Shown in pieces: positions 8,490-16,914 of a stretch of DNA of 64,000 nt. The DNA is from Thermoplasmatota archaeon (GTDB taxonomy: Archaea > Thermoplasmatota > E2 > JACPAO01 > JAHFTW01). Position 1 is the first letter of the stretch, and the number at the start of each line of letters is the position of its first letter. The notes under the pieces were generated by a model. That model was not told where the DNA came from. It saw only the letters and a program-made list of their open reading frames with translations, and searched no databases. The translations under genes were made by a program, and so were the position numbers. The stretch covers positions 32,001-96,000 of the forward strand of contig JBFIHX010000002.1 in assembly GCA_041601615.1 (NCBI GenBank), read 5' to 3'.

Positions 8490-8553
8490 AGGTTTCGGGG
8501 CCTCGAAACCTTCATACCTTGTGCCTTTTTGCAAAGTTTCGAGGACTCGAAAC
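8490..8553. promoter_or_regulatory. Two palindromic operator boxes flanking a candidate promoter
   Basis: AGGTTTCGGGGCCTCGAAACCT (8490-8511) and GTTTCGAGGACTCGAAAC (8536-8553); the second abuts ATG 8554. Confidence 0.75.
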
Positions 8554-9495
8554 ATGCGCGCTCTTCTCGTCTTTGCACTCCTGTTGATCCCCGCCCTCGC
8601 CGGTTGCACCAGCGACGACACCCTCCGCATCGCATTCGTTGCCAAGGACACCGCCACAGCCCCCCACGAGGACCTCGACCGCCTCGCCGAATTCATCGAA
8701 CACGAAACCGGCCGCCCCACGAAGGTGCTCTTTTTCACCAGCAGCACCGCAGCACTCGAAGCCGTGCGATTCGGCCAAGCCGACGTAGCAAGTGTGGACG
8801 GCGCCGCCGCATGGCTCGCCTGGAACCAAAACGGCCTCGAAGCGATCGCCAGCGAAGTACGCGGCGACGGCCGCACCTACTACCGCGCCGCCGCCTGGGT
8901 CCACGCCGACAGCGACATCCAAAGCATCGACGACTTCGCCGGACGCACCTCCTGCCACACAGGCGCCATGAAGAGCGCCGGCATGTTCCTCCCCATCAGC
9001 TACCTCGTCCAAGCCGGCCTCATCGACGCCAGCGCCTACCCCGACGACATCAGCCAAGTTCCCGAGATGGCCAAGGACTTCTTCGACAACCCTGTCATCG
9101 GCGGCGCCTACGAAGGCTACAATGGTGCCCTGCGCTGCCTCAGCGACAACGCTGGCGAAATCGCATTCATCCGCGACACCACCCCCGCCGACTACTGCAC
9201 CCAAGGCGACGCAGAAACCTGGTGCCTCCCCATCGACCAATACCGCAAAGTCGTCGAATTTGGCAACGTCCCCGAACACCCCTTCATGGTCAGCCCCGAC
9301 CTCGACGCCAGCACCCGCGCCGACCTGCTCGCCGCCCTGCTCGCCCTCAATGACAGCGACAACGGACAAGCCATCCTCACCAACACCTTCGGCACCGGCT
9401 CCCTCCAAGCCGTCGACACCGAAGCACACCTCGGCGGCTACGGGGCCCTCATCGCCCAGCTTCCAGGCATGGCCGCCTACGCCGAGAGCCAGTAA
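8554..9495 (+). CDS. ABC substrate-binding lipoprotein, PhnD fold with transferrin Fe(III)/carbonate motifs
   Basis: Lipobox LAGC; [52 protein letters not shown], VPEHP align with the transferrin N-lobe. Confidence 0.88.
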   Translation: [313 protein letters not shown]

Positions 9496-10179
9496 ATGGA
9501 CCCCGTGCTGCGGCTCCAGAACCTTCGCGCCGGCTACCGAGGTGGCCCCGACGTGGTGCAAGGCGTCGATCTGGAGCTGCAGCCCGGCGAATCCATAGCC
9601 ATCCTGGGCGAATCCGGCGGCGGCAAAAGCACCCTCATCAAATTGGTCGCCGGATTGGTCCCCGTGCGCCAAGGCACCCTCGAAGTGCTCGGGAGCCCAT
9701 CCCCGCAACGACCCCCCCGCGGCAGCGTCGGATACATCCCACAACGACTCGGCCTCGTGCGCCACACAAGCGTGCTTGACAACGTCGTCCACGGCGGCCT
9801 GCACGAAACCAGCTTCCTCGACGCCCTCCTACACCGCGCCCCAGCCAAAGTAATCGAACGAGCCTACACCGCCCTCGAAGCAGTGGGACTCAGCGACAAA
9901 GCCCACGACCCCATCCACCAACTCTCCGGCGGCCAACAACGACGCACCGCCGTCGCCCGCGCCCTCGTCCAACGCCCACGCTTGCTTCTTGCCGACGAAT
10001 TCTTGGGAGAACTCGACCCCAAAACCGCCAAGACCGTCGCCGCCGCCGTCCAAAGCCTGCGCGAACAACACGGCACCGCCGTCCTCCTCGTCGAACACCG
10101 CATCGAACAAGCCCGCCTCATCGCCGACCGCATCTTCCGCATGGAACAAGGCCAACTCGTCGAGGTGACCGAAACATGA
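9496..10179 (+). CDS. ABC transporter ATP-binding protein, PhnC-like
   Basis: Walker A GESGGGKST, LSGGQQRR, Walker B LLLADE, H-loop VEH. Confidence 0.93.
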   Translation: MDPVLRLQNLRAGYRGGPDVVQGVDLELQPGESIAILGESGGGKSTLIKLVAGLVPVRQGTLEVLGSPSPQRPPRGSVGYIPQRLGLVRHTSVLDNVVHGGLHETSFLDALLHRAPAKVIERAYTALEAVGLSDKAHDPIHQLSGGQQRRTAVARALVQRPRLLLADEFLGELDPKTAKTVAAAVQSLREQHGTAVLLVEHRIEQARLIADRIFRMEQGQLVEVTET

Positions 10180-11021
10180 GTGGACAACACGGCCACAACC
10201 ACGGCACCGGACGCACCCTGATCCTGGCAGCCCTCCTCCTCGGCGCCCTCGTCTGGGCCTGGACCGGCCTCGACATGGACACGGCCCGCATCAGCCGCGC
10301 CAGCGCTGCCCTCTCCGCCATCGCCCTCGAATTCTGGCCCCCCGACTTCTCCCACGGCAACGTCATCGTCGACGCCATGATCGAAACGCTGCAAATGGCG
10401 ATCCTCGCCACGATCTTCGGCACCCTCATCAGCATCCCCATGGGCTTAGTTGCCGCCCGCACCGTCTTCCCACCCTGGATCGCCGTCCCCACAAGGCTCG
10501 CCGCAACCGCCGTGCGCGTCGTCCCCATCCTCATCTGGGCCCTGCTCGCGGTCATCACCCTCGGACCAGGACCCCTCGCAGGCGTCGTCGCCCTCACCTT
10601 CTACACCGTCGGCTACCTCACCAAACTCCAAAGCGAAAGCATCGAAGGCATCCCCCGCGACGCCCTCGACGCCGTCCGCGCCATGGGTGCTCCGCGCTAC
10701 CAACAAGCCTGGCATGTGGTGCTGCCCGAAGCCGCCAACGCGCTGCGCGCCCAAGCCCTCTTCATGTTCGAATACAACGTGCGAAGCAGCAGCATCGTCG
10801 GCTTCGTCGGCGCCGGCGGCCTCGGCGTCTTGCTCGACAGCGCCCGGCAATTCCAGCAATACGACCGCATCACCGCCTTCGTCTTGGCCCTGTTTTTGGT
10901 CGTCGTGGTCATCGACGGCATCAGCTACTTGATTCGACGAAGGTACATCGAACACGAAGAGCGCGGGCGGGCGTCGTGGCGGGATGTTTTGATGCCTTTC
11001 TCGAGTAGGGGAAGGGGTTGA
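10176..11021 (+). CDS. ABC permease, PhnE/PtxC-like, with His-rich N-terminus
   Basis: ETLQMAI, LGPGPLAG, EAA-like DAVRAMGA, FEYNVRSS, GFVGAGGLG; N-terminus MSGQHGHNHG. Confidence 0.92.
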   Translation: MSGQHGHNHGTGRTLILAALLLGALVWAWTGLDMDTARISRASAALSAIALEFWPPDFSHGNVIVDAMIETLQMAILATIFGTLISIPMGLVAARTVFPPWIAVPTRLAATAVRVVPILIWALLAVITLGPGPLAGVVALTFYTVGYLTKLQSESIEGIPRDALDAVRAMGAPRYQQAWHVVLPEAANALRAQALFMFEYNVRSSSIVGFVGAGGLGVLLDSARQFQQYDRITAFVLALFLVVVVIDGISYLIRRRYIEHEERGRASWRDVLMPFSSRGRG

Positions 11022-11137
11022 GGGACGAACCAAACCATTGATTGTGGCGGGCCGCCGGAGTGCGCAGGAGACCCAGCCCCCGCATAGTGACGACAATTGA
11101 AGCAAGACTTATGGTTGCGCCGTCACTACATCAGAGT

Positions 11138-12169
11138 ATGTCACGAAAAGCCTACCGCGTCGAGATGACGTTCGCGGGGGAGAACCCTCGATACTACCTG
11201 GCAAAAGACGTGCGCGTCGGAGACAAGAGGCGCAAGGTTCGCCTATACATTGGAAGCAAGCAACCAACGCCTGCCGAGGTGGACCGCTTCCGCAACGAGA
11301 GAGGGCCGGAATTGGAAGTCCTTGCAGCCCTGAAAAAGGCACACATGAGTGCCGAGACCTTCCCGTCGGACTACCTCAAACCCGACCAAATCAAGGAGCT
11401 GGAGGAAATACGATGGCTGTACCAGAGTGCAAAGGCACTCATGACAACCAGCGAAGTGGAAGCGTATGAGAAAGATTTCGAAATTCACTATGTCCAAGGT
11501 ACAACAAGCATAGAAGGAAACACTCTAGATCTTGGGGAAACTGGCCGCCTATTGGAAGAAGGGATCGTCCCCGTAGGAAAATCTCTGCGAGAAATTAACG
11601 AAGTTCAAAATTTCCGACAAGTCGCGACTTTTAGGAATCAATACCGTGGAAAAGTAAATCTGGCATTCATCCGGACATTGCATGAGCACGTAATGGCAAA
11701 CATCGACCTCGAGCAAGCTGGAAAGTTCCGCCGGACTGATGACATCGGCATCGCCGGCTGTGACCTGCGCGTTGCCCCGTCCGTGACCATCGAGGAGGAC
11801 CTATCCGCGATCATTGACGAATACTACAATTCGATTGCGCATGGCAAGCATCCCTTCGAATCGGCAATCCTGTTTCACTACCATTTTGAAATGATTCATC
11901 CCTTCGTTGACGGCAATGGTCGCGTTGGCCGGGAAATCCTCAACTACATGTTGGTGAGGGAAAAATTTCCTCGCTTGCTCTTCCTTGGGTCAGATCGCAA
12001 CATCTACATCGATGCTTTGAAAGCCGGCAACCTGGAATTGTATGCAGACATGGTGTTGGCTCTTGCAAGGATTGTAATTAACCAACGGCGCCAAATCATG
12101 GAGGACAGGGTCCGCGCACTCGCGACGGACAAGCGACCCGGGGGACAAACCCGGCTATTCGACTTTTAG
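11138..12169 (+). CDS. Fic family protein (class II-like) with C-terminal PIP-box-like motif
   Basis: HPFVDGNGRVGR; inhibitory TSIEGN; C-terminus QTRLFDF; visibly lower GC than neighbours. Confidence 0.92.
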   Translation: MSRKAYRVEMTFAGENPRYYLAKDVRVGDKRRKVRLYIGSKQPTPAEVDRFRNERGPELEVLAALKKAHMSAETFPSDYLKPDQIKELEEIRWLYQSAKALMTTSEVEAYEKDFEIHYVQGTTSIEGNTLDLGETGRLLEEGIVPVGKSLREINEVQNFRQVATFRNQYRGKVNLAFIRTLHEHVMANIDLEQAGKFRRTDDIGIAGCDLRVAPSVTIEEDLSAIIDEYYNSIAHGKHPFESAILFHYHFEMIHPFVDGNGRVGREILNYMLVREKFPRLLFLGSDRNIYIDALKAGNLELYADMVLALARIVINQRRQIMEDRVRALATDKRPGGQTRLFDF

Positions 12170-12389
12170 CGACCGGAAGGCAGACGGGTGGCAGGAGCGG
12201 CGCCTTGCACCGTCGAGCCTGATTGTTTTCGACCTCACAAATCAATCAACCCCCCTTGCTTTGCTCGGCGGGTTAACTCGCAGCCGATTCGGCCTCACAC
12301 GCACGTTCCCGAATCGCACTCAATTGGCCGCCTTCAATTCGAAACATCGCCCCCCACAAACGGTTAAGAGCAAGCAACCGTCGGCCGCA

Positions 12390-12456
12390 CCAAGCGCAGG
12401 ACGCCCCATGGTGTTGTGAGCCCCGACAAGGGCTGCTCGCTATACCCTGCGCTTGG
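12390..12456 (+). promoter_or_regulatory. Structured 5' leader of rps6e
   Basis: Perfect 11-bp stem CCAAGCGCAGG/CCTGCGCTTGG enclosing inner stems; TATA-like GTTAAG at 12363. Confidence 0.55.
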
Positions 12457-12467
12457 AAGTGATTCCC

Positions 12468-12866
12468 ATGGCTACATTCAAACTCGTCATCAGCGACCCC
12501 TCGGACGGCAAGAGCTACAACCTCGAAGTAACGGGCCACCACGCCCAGAACCTCGTTGGCAAGAAAATCGGTGACACCATCGATGGCCTGAACGCCAACT
12601 TGCCCGGCTACAAGCTCATGATCACCGGCGGCACCGACAAGAGCGGTTTCCCGATGCGCCGTGACTTCAACGGTGGCGAACGCCGCCGCCTCCTTCTGTC
12701 CGAAGGCACTGGTTTCCACCCCGTCAACGCCCCTGGCAAGCGCATGCGCAAGAGCATCCGCGGCAATATCATCACCCAGGAAATCGTCCAGGTGAATGTC
12801 AAGGTCGCCAAGTCCGGCAGCAAGCCGGTCGCTGAGCACTTTGCCAACCTTGCTGGCCAGGACTAG
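12468..12866 (+). CDS. rps6e: 30S ribosomal protein S6e
   Basis: FKLVISDP, GKKIGD, GYKLMITGGTDKSGFPMR, RKSIRGN, QVNVKV. Confidence 0.97.
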   Translation: MATFKLVISDPSDGKSYNLEVTGHHAQNLVGKKIGDTIDGLNANLPGYKLMITGGTDKSGFPMRRDFNGGERRRLLLSEGTGFHPVNAPGKRMRKSIRGNIITQEIVQVNVKVAKSGSKPVAEHFANLAGQD

Positions 12867-12873
12867 GCCCTGC

Positions 12874-12911
12874 GCCGGTTCACCGGCTGCCCTCCCTCTC
12901 CTTCCCCCTTT
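12874..12911 (+). terminator. Hairpin plus polypyrimidine tract after rps6e
   Basis: gccggttcaccggc followed by ccctccctctccttcccccttt. Confidence 0.5.
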
Positions 12912-12915
12912 GTTG

Positions 12916-13359
12916 TTATGCTAGGCGGTACGATCCACCCCGGCGCCGTGGAGCCTCCACGATTCCTTCGTTGACCAATCGGCGCAGGCGTTCTTGGGTC
13001 CCGGTTCGGCTCCAGGCCCAGCGTTCCTTGGCGCCCTCTACCACATCCGCTTGCCTGGGTGCTCCGAGCAATCCGACGAGGCGGGCGAGTCGGTCGCTGC
13101 GGGGATCTGCGAGTTCCGCTTGTGCTCGCCAGGTTGTTTCTTGGAATCGGGCTGCGGCAAAGCAGTGCAATCGGCCGCCATTTCGGCGCAGAGCAATGAG
13201 TCCGGCCGCTACGAGCACGTCGAGGTGGTGGCGTGTGTTGCCGACGCCGAGCGAGGACTCTGTTGCTAGGGTCCGAAAGTGCACTCCGGGGCGGGCTTCC
13301 ACGAGCCGGAAGAGTAGGTCGCGATTGGGGTGTTCGAGGGGTTGGAGCGATGGGCGCAT
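12916..13359 (-). CDS. Double winged-HTH transcriptional regulator (ArsR-like, archaeal)
   Basis: LEHPNR...PGVHFRTL...RHHLDVLVAAGLI; second HTH ERLRRLVNEGIV. Confidence 0.8.
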   Translation of the reverse strand: MRPSLQPLEHPNRDLLFRLVEARPGVHFRTLATESSLGVGNTRHHLDVLVAAGLIALRRNGGRLHCFAAARFQETTWRAQAELADPRSDRLARLVGLLGAPRQADVVEGAKERWAWSRTGTQERLRRLVNEGIVEAPRRRGGSYRLA

Positions 13360-13606
13360 GACCCAACATGGACCCCGAGCACTAGAGGAGCGGCGTCCAC
13401 ACCAAGTTGGGTGCGGCACACACCAAGGTGTGTACTGTACACTTGTTGGCCTATCTCGCGGTTCAGTCGGTCCAGTCGGCGCACGCATGCGGTTGCGAAG
13501 CGCCGGACCGCTGGGGCCCGGACAGTGATGCAATTGAGCGGGGACACTTCATTTTGCGCCTCTTTGACCCTCCTTGCGGTGCCGGTGCCTTCGTTTGCGC
13601 ACGGAG

Positions 13607-14380
13607 CTACTCCACCCAATCTGCTGCATTGGTGAGTCTTCGGATTCGCCAGAACCGTCGGATGATCCAGGGCGGCCGAAGGGCAAACAACATGCCGGCG
13701 GCCACGGTGAACACGAGGCGATTCTCGAAGAGCCCGTAGTAGTACCAGTCGTTGTCCCAGAACCCGATGATGATGCCGACGCAGAAGGTAAGAACACCTA
13801 GGCAGAACACGGCGAGCCGGTAGCGGTGGCTTTCGCTGCGTTGCTTTGGATAGCGTGCCATTGCCAGCCATGCAGCAAGGACGAGCGGCGTGAAGATGGC
13901 AACACCGATGAAAAAATTGAGCAAGTCGGGGCTTTGGCGTTCGTAGACGAATTGGATCGACCAAAGCAGCCGCTCGTGGGTTCGTGGGTTTTCGTACAGG
14001 GTCAAGGCTTCAATGAAGGTGATGAGCGCTGCGTAGTAGCCAAGCAAGAACGGCGTTGCTTGGGGTTTCTTGGCAAGGTCGAAGAGGGCGGAAACGAGGG
14101 CGGCGGTGCCGACCAGAAACAAGAAGCGCCGGGCCATGAGTACGAGGAGGGGAGCTGGTGGCTTGGGTTCGAAGGCGAGGACTGCCCATGCGTAGCCGCC
14201 GTCAAGCACCAGAAACGCGCTGAGGCCGTACCAGAAGTAGAGCGTTTTTTGCAGGGGAACTCCGAGTCGAATTGCTTGGTGGACCCGGAATGCTACATAG
14301 AGGCAAAACAGGGTGGTGCCAAGATCTGCGAGAATGCCTATGGTGAGTGTCGAGAGCGCCAACGGACTCCCTGTCGCCAT
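13607..14380 (-). CDS. Hypothetical ~7-TM membrane protein
   Basis: About seven hydrophobic segments; C-terminal ALRPPWIIRR. Confidence 0.7.
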   Translation of the reverse strand: MATGSPLALSTLTIGILADLGTTLFCLYVAFRVHQAIRLGVPLQKTLYFWYGLSAFLVLDGGYAWAVLAFEPKPPAPLLVLMARRFLFLVGTAALVSALFDLAKKPQATPFLLGYYAALITFIEALTLYENPRTHERLLWSIQFVYERQSPDLLNFFIGVAIFTPLVLAAWLAMARYPKQRSESHRYRLAVFCLGVLTFCVGIIIGFWDNDWYYYGLFENRLVFTVAAGMLFALRPPWIIRRFWRIRRLTNAADWVE

Positions 14381-14464
14381 GCTCCTTGTAGCCGGCGCAG
14401 GCGAAATCTGGCGAAGCGGCGGTCGGTTCGGTCTGGTTTTAGCAAGGCGGCGGGTGTTGACGCC

Positions 14465-14854
14465 GTGGAGAAAAAGTCGCTCGTGCAAGGATTCGGTGCT
14501 GCGTTGGTTGTCGCCGCCATCACTTGGTTGCTGCCTGATTTGTACCAAGTGGCGTTGCTGGCGGGCTTGTTGTGGATCACCGTCGGGCTGTATGTGGGCA
14601 TGGGCTTGATGCACAGCAAAGGGCACGCTCGGACGGAATTTCTTGCAGGCCTGCCGGTCCTCGGGCTCGCCATGCTGGCTTTTTGGAATCCGTGGGCCCT
14701 AGCGTTGGCGTGGCTGTTGCATCCGCTGTGGGATGTCTTGCACGAAACAAACACCGTGAAAACCCACATCCACCCCAGCACCGTTGGATTCTGCATCGTG
14801 TTCGATGTGCTGGTGGCTGCCGTTTCGGTGCTGGTGGCGCTGTCGTGGCTTTGA
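14465..14854 (+). CDS. Membrane protein, DUF6010-like
   Basis: WLLHPLWDVLH and FCIVFD motifs; 4-5 TM. Confidence 0.65.
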   Translation: MEKKSLVQGFGAALVVAAITWLLPDLYQVALLAGLLWITVGLYVGMGLMHSKGHARTEFLAGLPVLGLAMLAFWNPWALALAWLLHPLWDVLHETNTVKTHIHPSTVGFCIVFDVLVAAVSVLVALSWL

Positions 14855-14935
14855 GGCCGCAGGGCTAGAGACTGTCGCGTGCTGCCATCGCCACCTATGC
14901 CCACCCTTATCATGCAACGAACCCACACGAGCCTT

Positions 14936-15310
14936 GTGTCGTTCAAGCGTCAGGTTCTCCTCCGAGCACCCCCCAAGACGGTGTTCCAATTTCTGTACGA
15001 TGTGACACTGCTGGAGGAGTTCACCAAGTGGCGCGTGACGTTGCTTGGTGATGAGTTCGGAACGGGCTTCCAATGGCGAGAATCAAGGTTCTTGCGCAAG
15101 CGCGAATGGACCGTGACGGAGTACGATCGGCGCGGGTGTTCCTTTGCAGCCGAATGGAACGGCGTGACGATTCGTTTGGTGGCCAAGAAGGGCGGGACCG
15201 GGTCCACCAACGTGCAGCTGCGCGTGGACGGCGACGAGGCGGCGGTGCGCAAGTTTGAGCGCAGCGATGGGGACCGGTTGGATCGGCTCAAGGAATTTTT
15301 GAAGGACTGA
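14936..15310 (+). CDS. SRPBCC-like protein
   Basis: APPKTVFQFLYD N-terminus and C-terminal helix LDRLKEFL; start uncertain (14912 or 14936). Confidence 0.6.
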   Translation: MSFKRQVLLRAPPKTVFQFLYDVTLLEEFTKWRVTLLGDEFGTGFQWRESRFLRKREWTVTEYDRRGCSFAAEWNGVTIRLVAKKGGTGSTNVQLRVDGDEAAVRKFERSDGDRLDRLKEFLKD

Positions 15311-15348
15311 ATTTGGGTCGGTGCCTGGTGCCCCGGTTGCGGTGGCGC

Positions 15349-15729
15349 TCAGCTTTTGGCTTCACTGATTTCGAACAGGTGCCCGTCGGGGTCGCGAAAG
15401 AATGCGCGTACCTCGAACTCGGATTCCACGGGCGGGGTGAGAAAAACGGCGCCACGCGCACGCAGGGTCTCGTACGCGCCGCGGCAGTCGGGAACGCGAA
15501 TGGTCATGGAGTGCGCGACCAAGCCGATTTGCTCAGGCGCGGCAAACGTCACTCCGGGTTTGTCCTCGGTCGGCCCGCCGCCGGTCACGAGTACCAGCCA
15601 CGCTCCTTGGAAGTCGAACACCGCCGTGGAACCGTCGTATTCCCGGTACAATTTGGCTCCGAGCATGTCGCGGTAGAACTGCACGGCGGCGGCTAGGTCC
15701 GAGACCACGAGGATGTGGGAGATCGCCAT
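15349..15729 (-). CDS. VOC/glyoxalase family protein
   Basis: HILVVSDLAAAVQFYRDMLG; FFRDPDGHLFE. Confidence 0.9.
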   Translation of the reverse strand: MAISHILVVSDLAAAVQFYRDMLGAKLYREYDGSTAVFDFQGAWLVLVTGGGPTEDKPGVTFAAPEQIGLVAHSMTIRVPDCRGAYETLRARGAVFLTPPVESEFEVRAFFRDPDGHLFEISEAKS

Positions 15730-15840
15730 GCCGGGTGTTGGAAACGGAGCGTTCGGTGTGCTTGGTTTCAGCTGCCCAGCGGCTTCTCGCATCGAGGGGT
15801 ATGCATCGCCAAGGCGCAAGTAGGTTTCCCGACGGCCAAG

Positions 15841-16845
15841 CTACGTGGCAACTGCCCACCCAAGATCGGCCAGTGTCGTGGTGCGCTCGAACAGGACCTT
15901 ATCGTCGGCGTTCAAAAACTGCAATCGGAAGGTTTCGCCTTTGATTTCCACCCAGGCAAAGCCCAGCGTGCCACCCGTGCTAAAATGCTCAGCAAAGCCA
16001 CGGTCGTTGTCGGGTCGGAATTGGCCTGCGGCGCCACTGACCAGGATTTCTGTGCGGCCGCAGGAGTCCACGGGTTGGAGCCATTGCAAGTCATGGTCGT
16101 GACCTTGAACATGGAACTGGACGCGGTCGCAGATGCTGTTTTCCACGGCGGCCTTGAACGCCGGTTCGCCGTCTCCGTAGTTGCCGTTGCTGATGTAGTT
16201 GTAGTGCCCGAAGCTGATCTTCCAAGTGGCGTTGCTTGCTTCGATGGCCTCGCGGATCCAGCGCTGCTGCACGTCGCCGGCCGTAAGCTCCGTGTTGACA
16301 AAGTCTAGGGAGGAATCAATGGTGTCTGTGTCGAGGCTGAAAATTTCCAGCACGTCGCCAAATCGCTGGGCGTAGAACCGGGCCGGCATGTGCCACTTGT
16401 CGCTGGTGCGGTCGTCGCGGTAATGGTACTGGACTTGGGAATCACCAAGCACCGTCAAGTCGCCAGTGAGGCCGTTGTCGTGGTTGCCGAGCGTCAAGTA
16501 GAAGGGAATGTCCAGTGCTTGGTAGGGGATTTCGAATCGGTCCTCGAAGGCAGGGTCGTAGGCGGTCACGGCGCCCACTTCGTAGATATTGTCGCCGTTG
16601 GCCATGACAAAATCGCAGCCCATGCGGGCACAGACACGTTCCATCGCATCTGCCACGGCTTGCTGCGATGCGTCTCCAGTTCCCTGGTCACCGATGATCA
16701 AAAACCGCAATGGGCCAGAGCCATCGAACGGTACCACGGGTTGTGTCGGCGGGAGGTCGCTGGCGGGCGGCATTTCGGGTTCAGCCGCAAGACACCCCGA
16801 GAAAGTCAGACCGAGCAACAACGCCACACTCCACAATCGCATCAC
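15841..16845 (-). CDS. Metallophosphoesterase (purple acid phosphatase-like) lipoprotein
   Basis: FSGC lipobox; GDQG, GDNIY, GNHD, GHDH. Confidence 0.9.
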   Translation of the reverse strand: MMRLWSVALLLGLTFSGCLAAEPEMPPASDLPPTQPVVPFDGSGPLRFLIIGDQGTGDASQQAVADAMERVCARMGCDFVMANGDNIYEVGAVTAYDPAFEDRFEIPYQALDIPFYLTLGNHDNGLTGDLTVLGDSQVQYHYRDDRTSDKWHMPARFYAQRFGDVLEIFSLDTDTIDSSLDFVNTELTAGDVQQRWIREAIEASNATWKISFGHYNYISNGNYGDGEPAFKAAVENSICDRVQFHVQGHDHDLQWLQPVDSCGRTEILVSGAAGQFRPDNDRGFAEHFSTGGTLGFAWVEIKGETFRLQFLNADDKVLFERTTTLADLGWAVAT

Positions 16846-16914
16846 GCGTGTATCCGACCCGGTATATTGTACCCATGGAGAGGCGGGGTTGCCTCGCGAT
16901 TTTGCCTGCGCTCG

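Noticed and set aside
8554-11021. Plain phosphonate/phosphite transporter phnDCE
   Set aside because: No C-P lyase, ptxD or Pho genes nearby; the binding protein has transferrin metal ligands and the operon follows a DtxR gene and operators. Gene symbols were withheld.
11022-12260. Mobile element carrying the Fic gene
   Set aside because: Lower GC, but no terminal repeats, target duplication or transposase seen.
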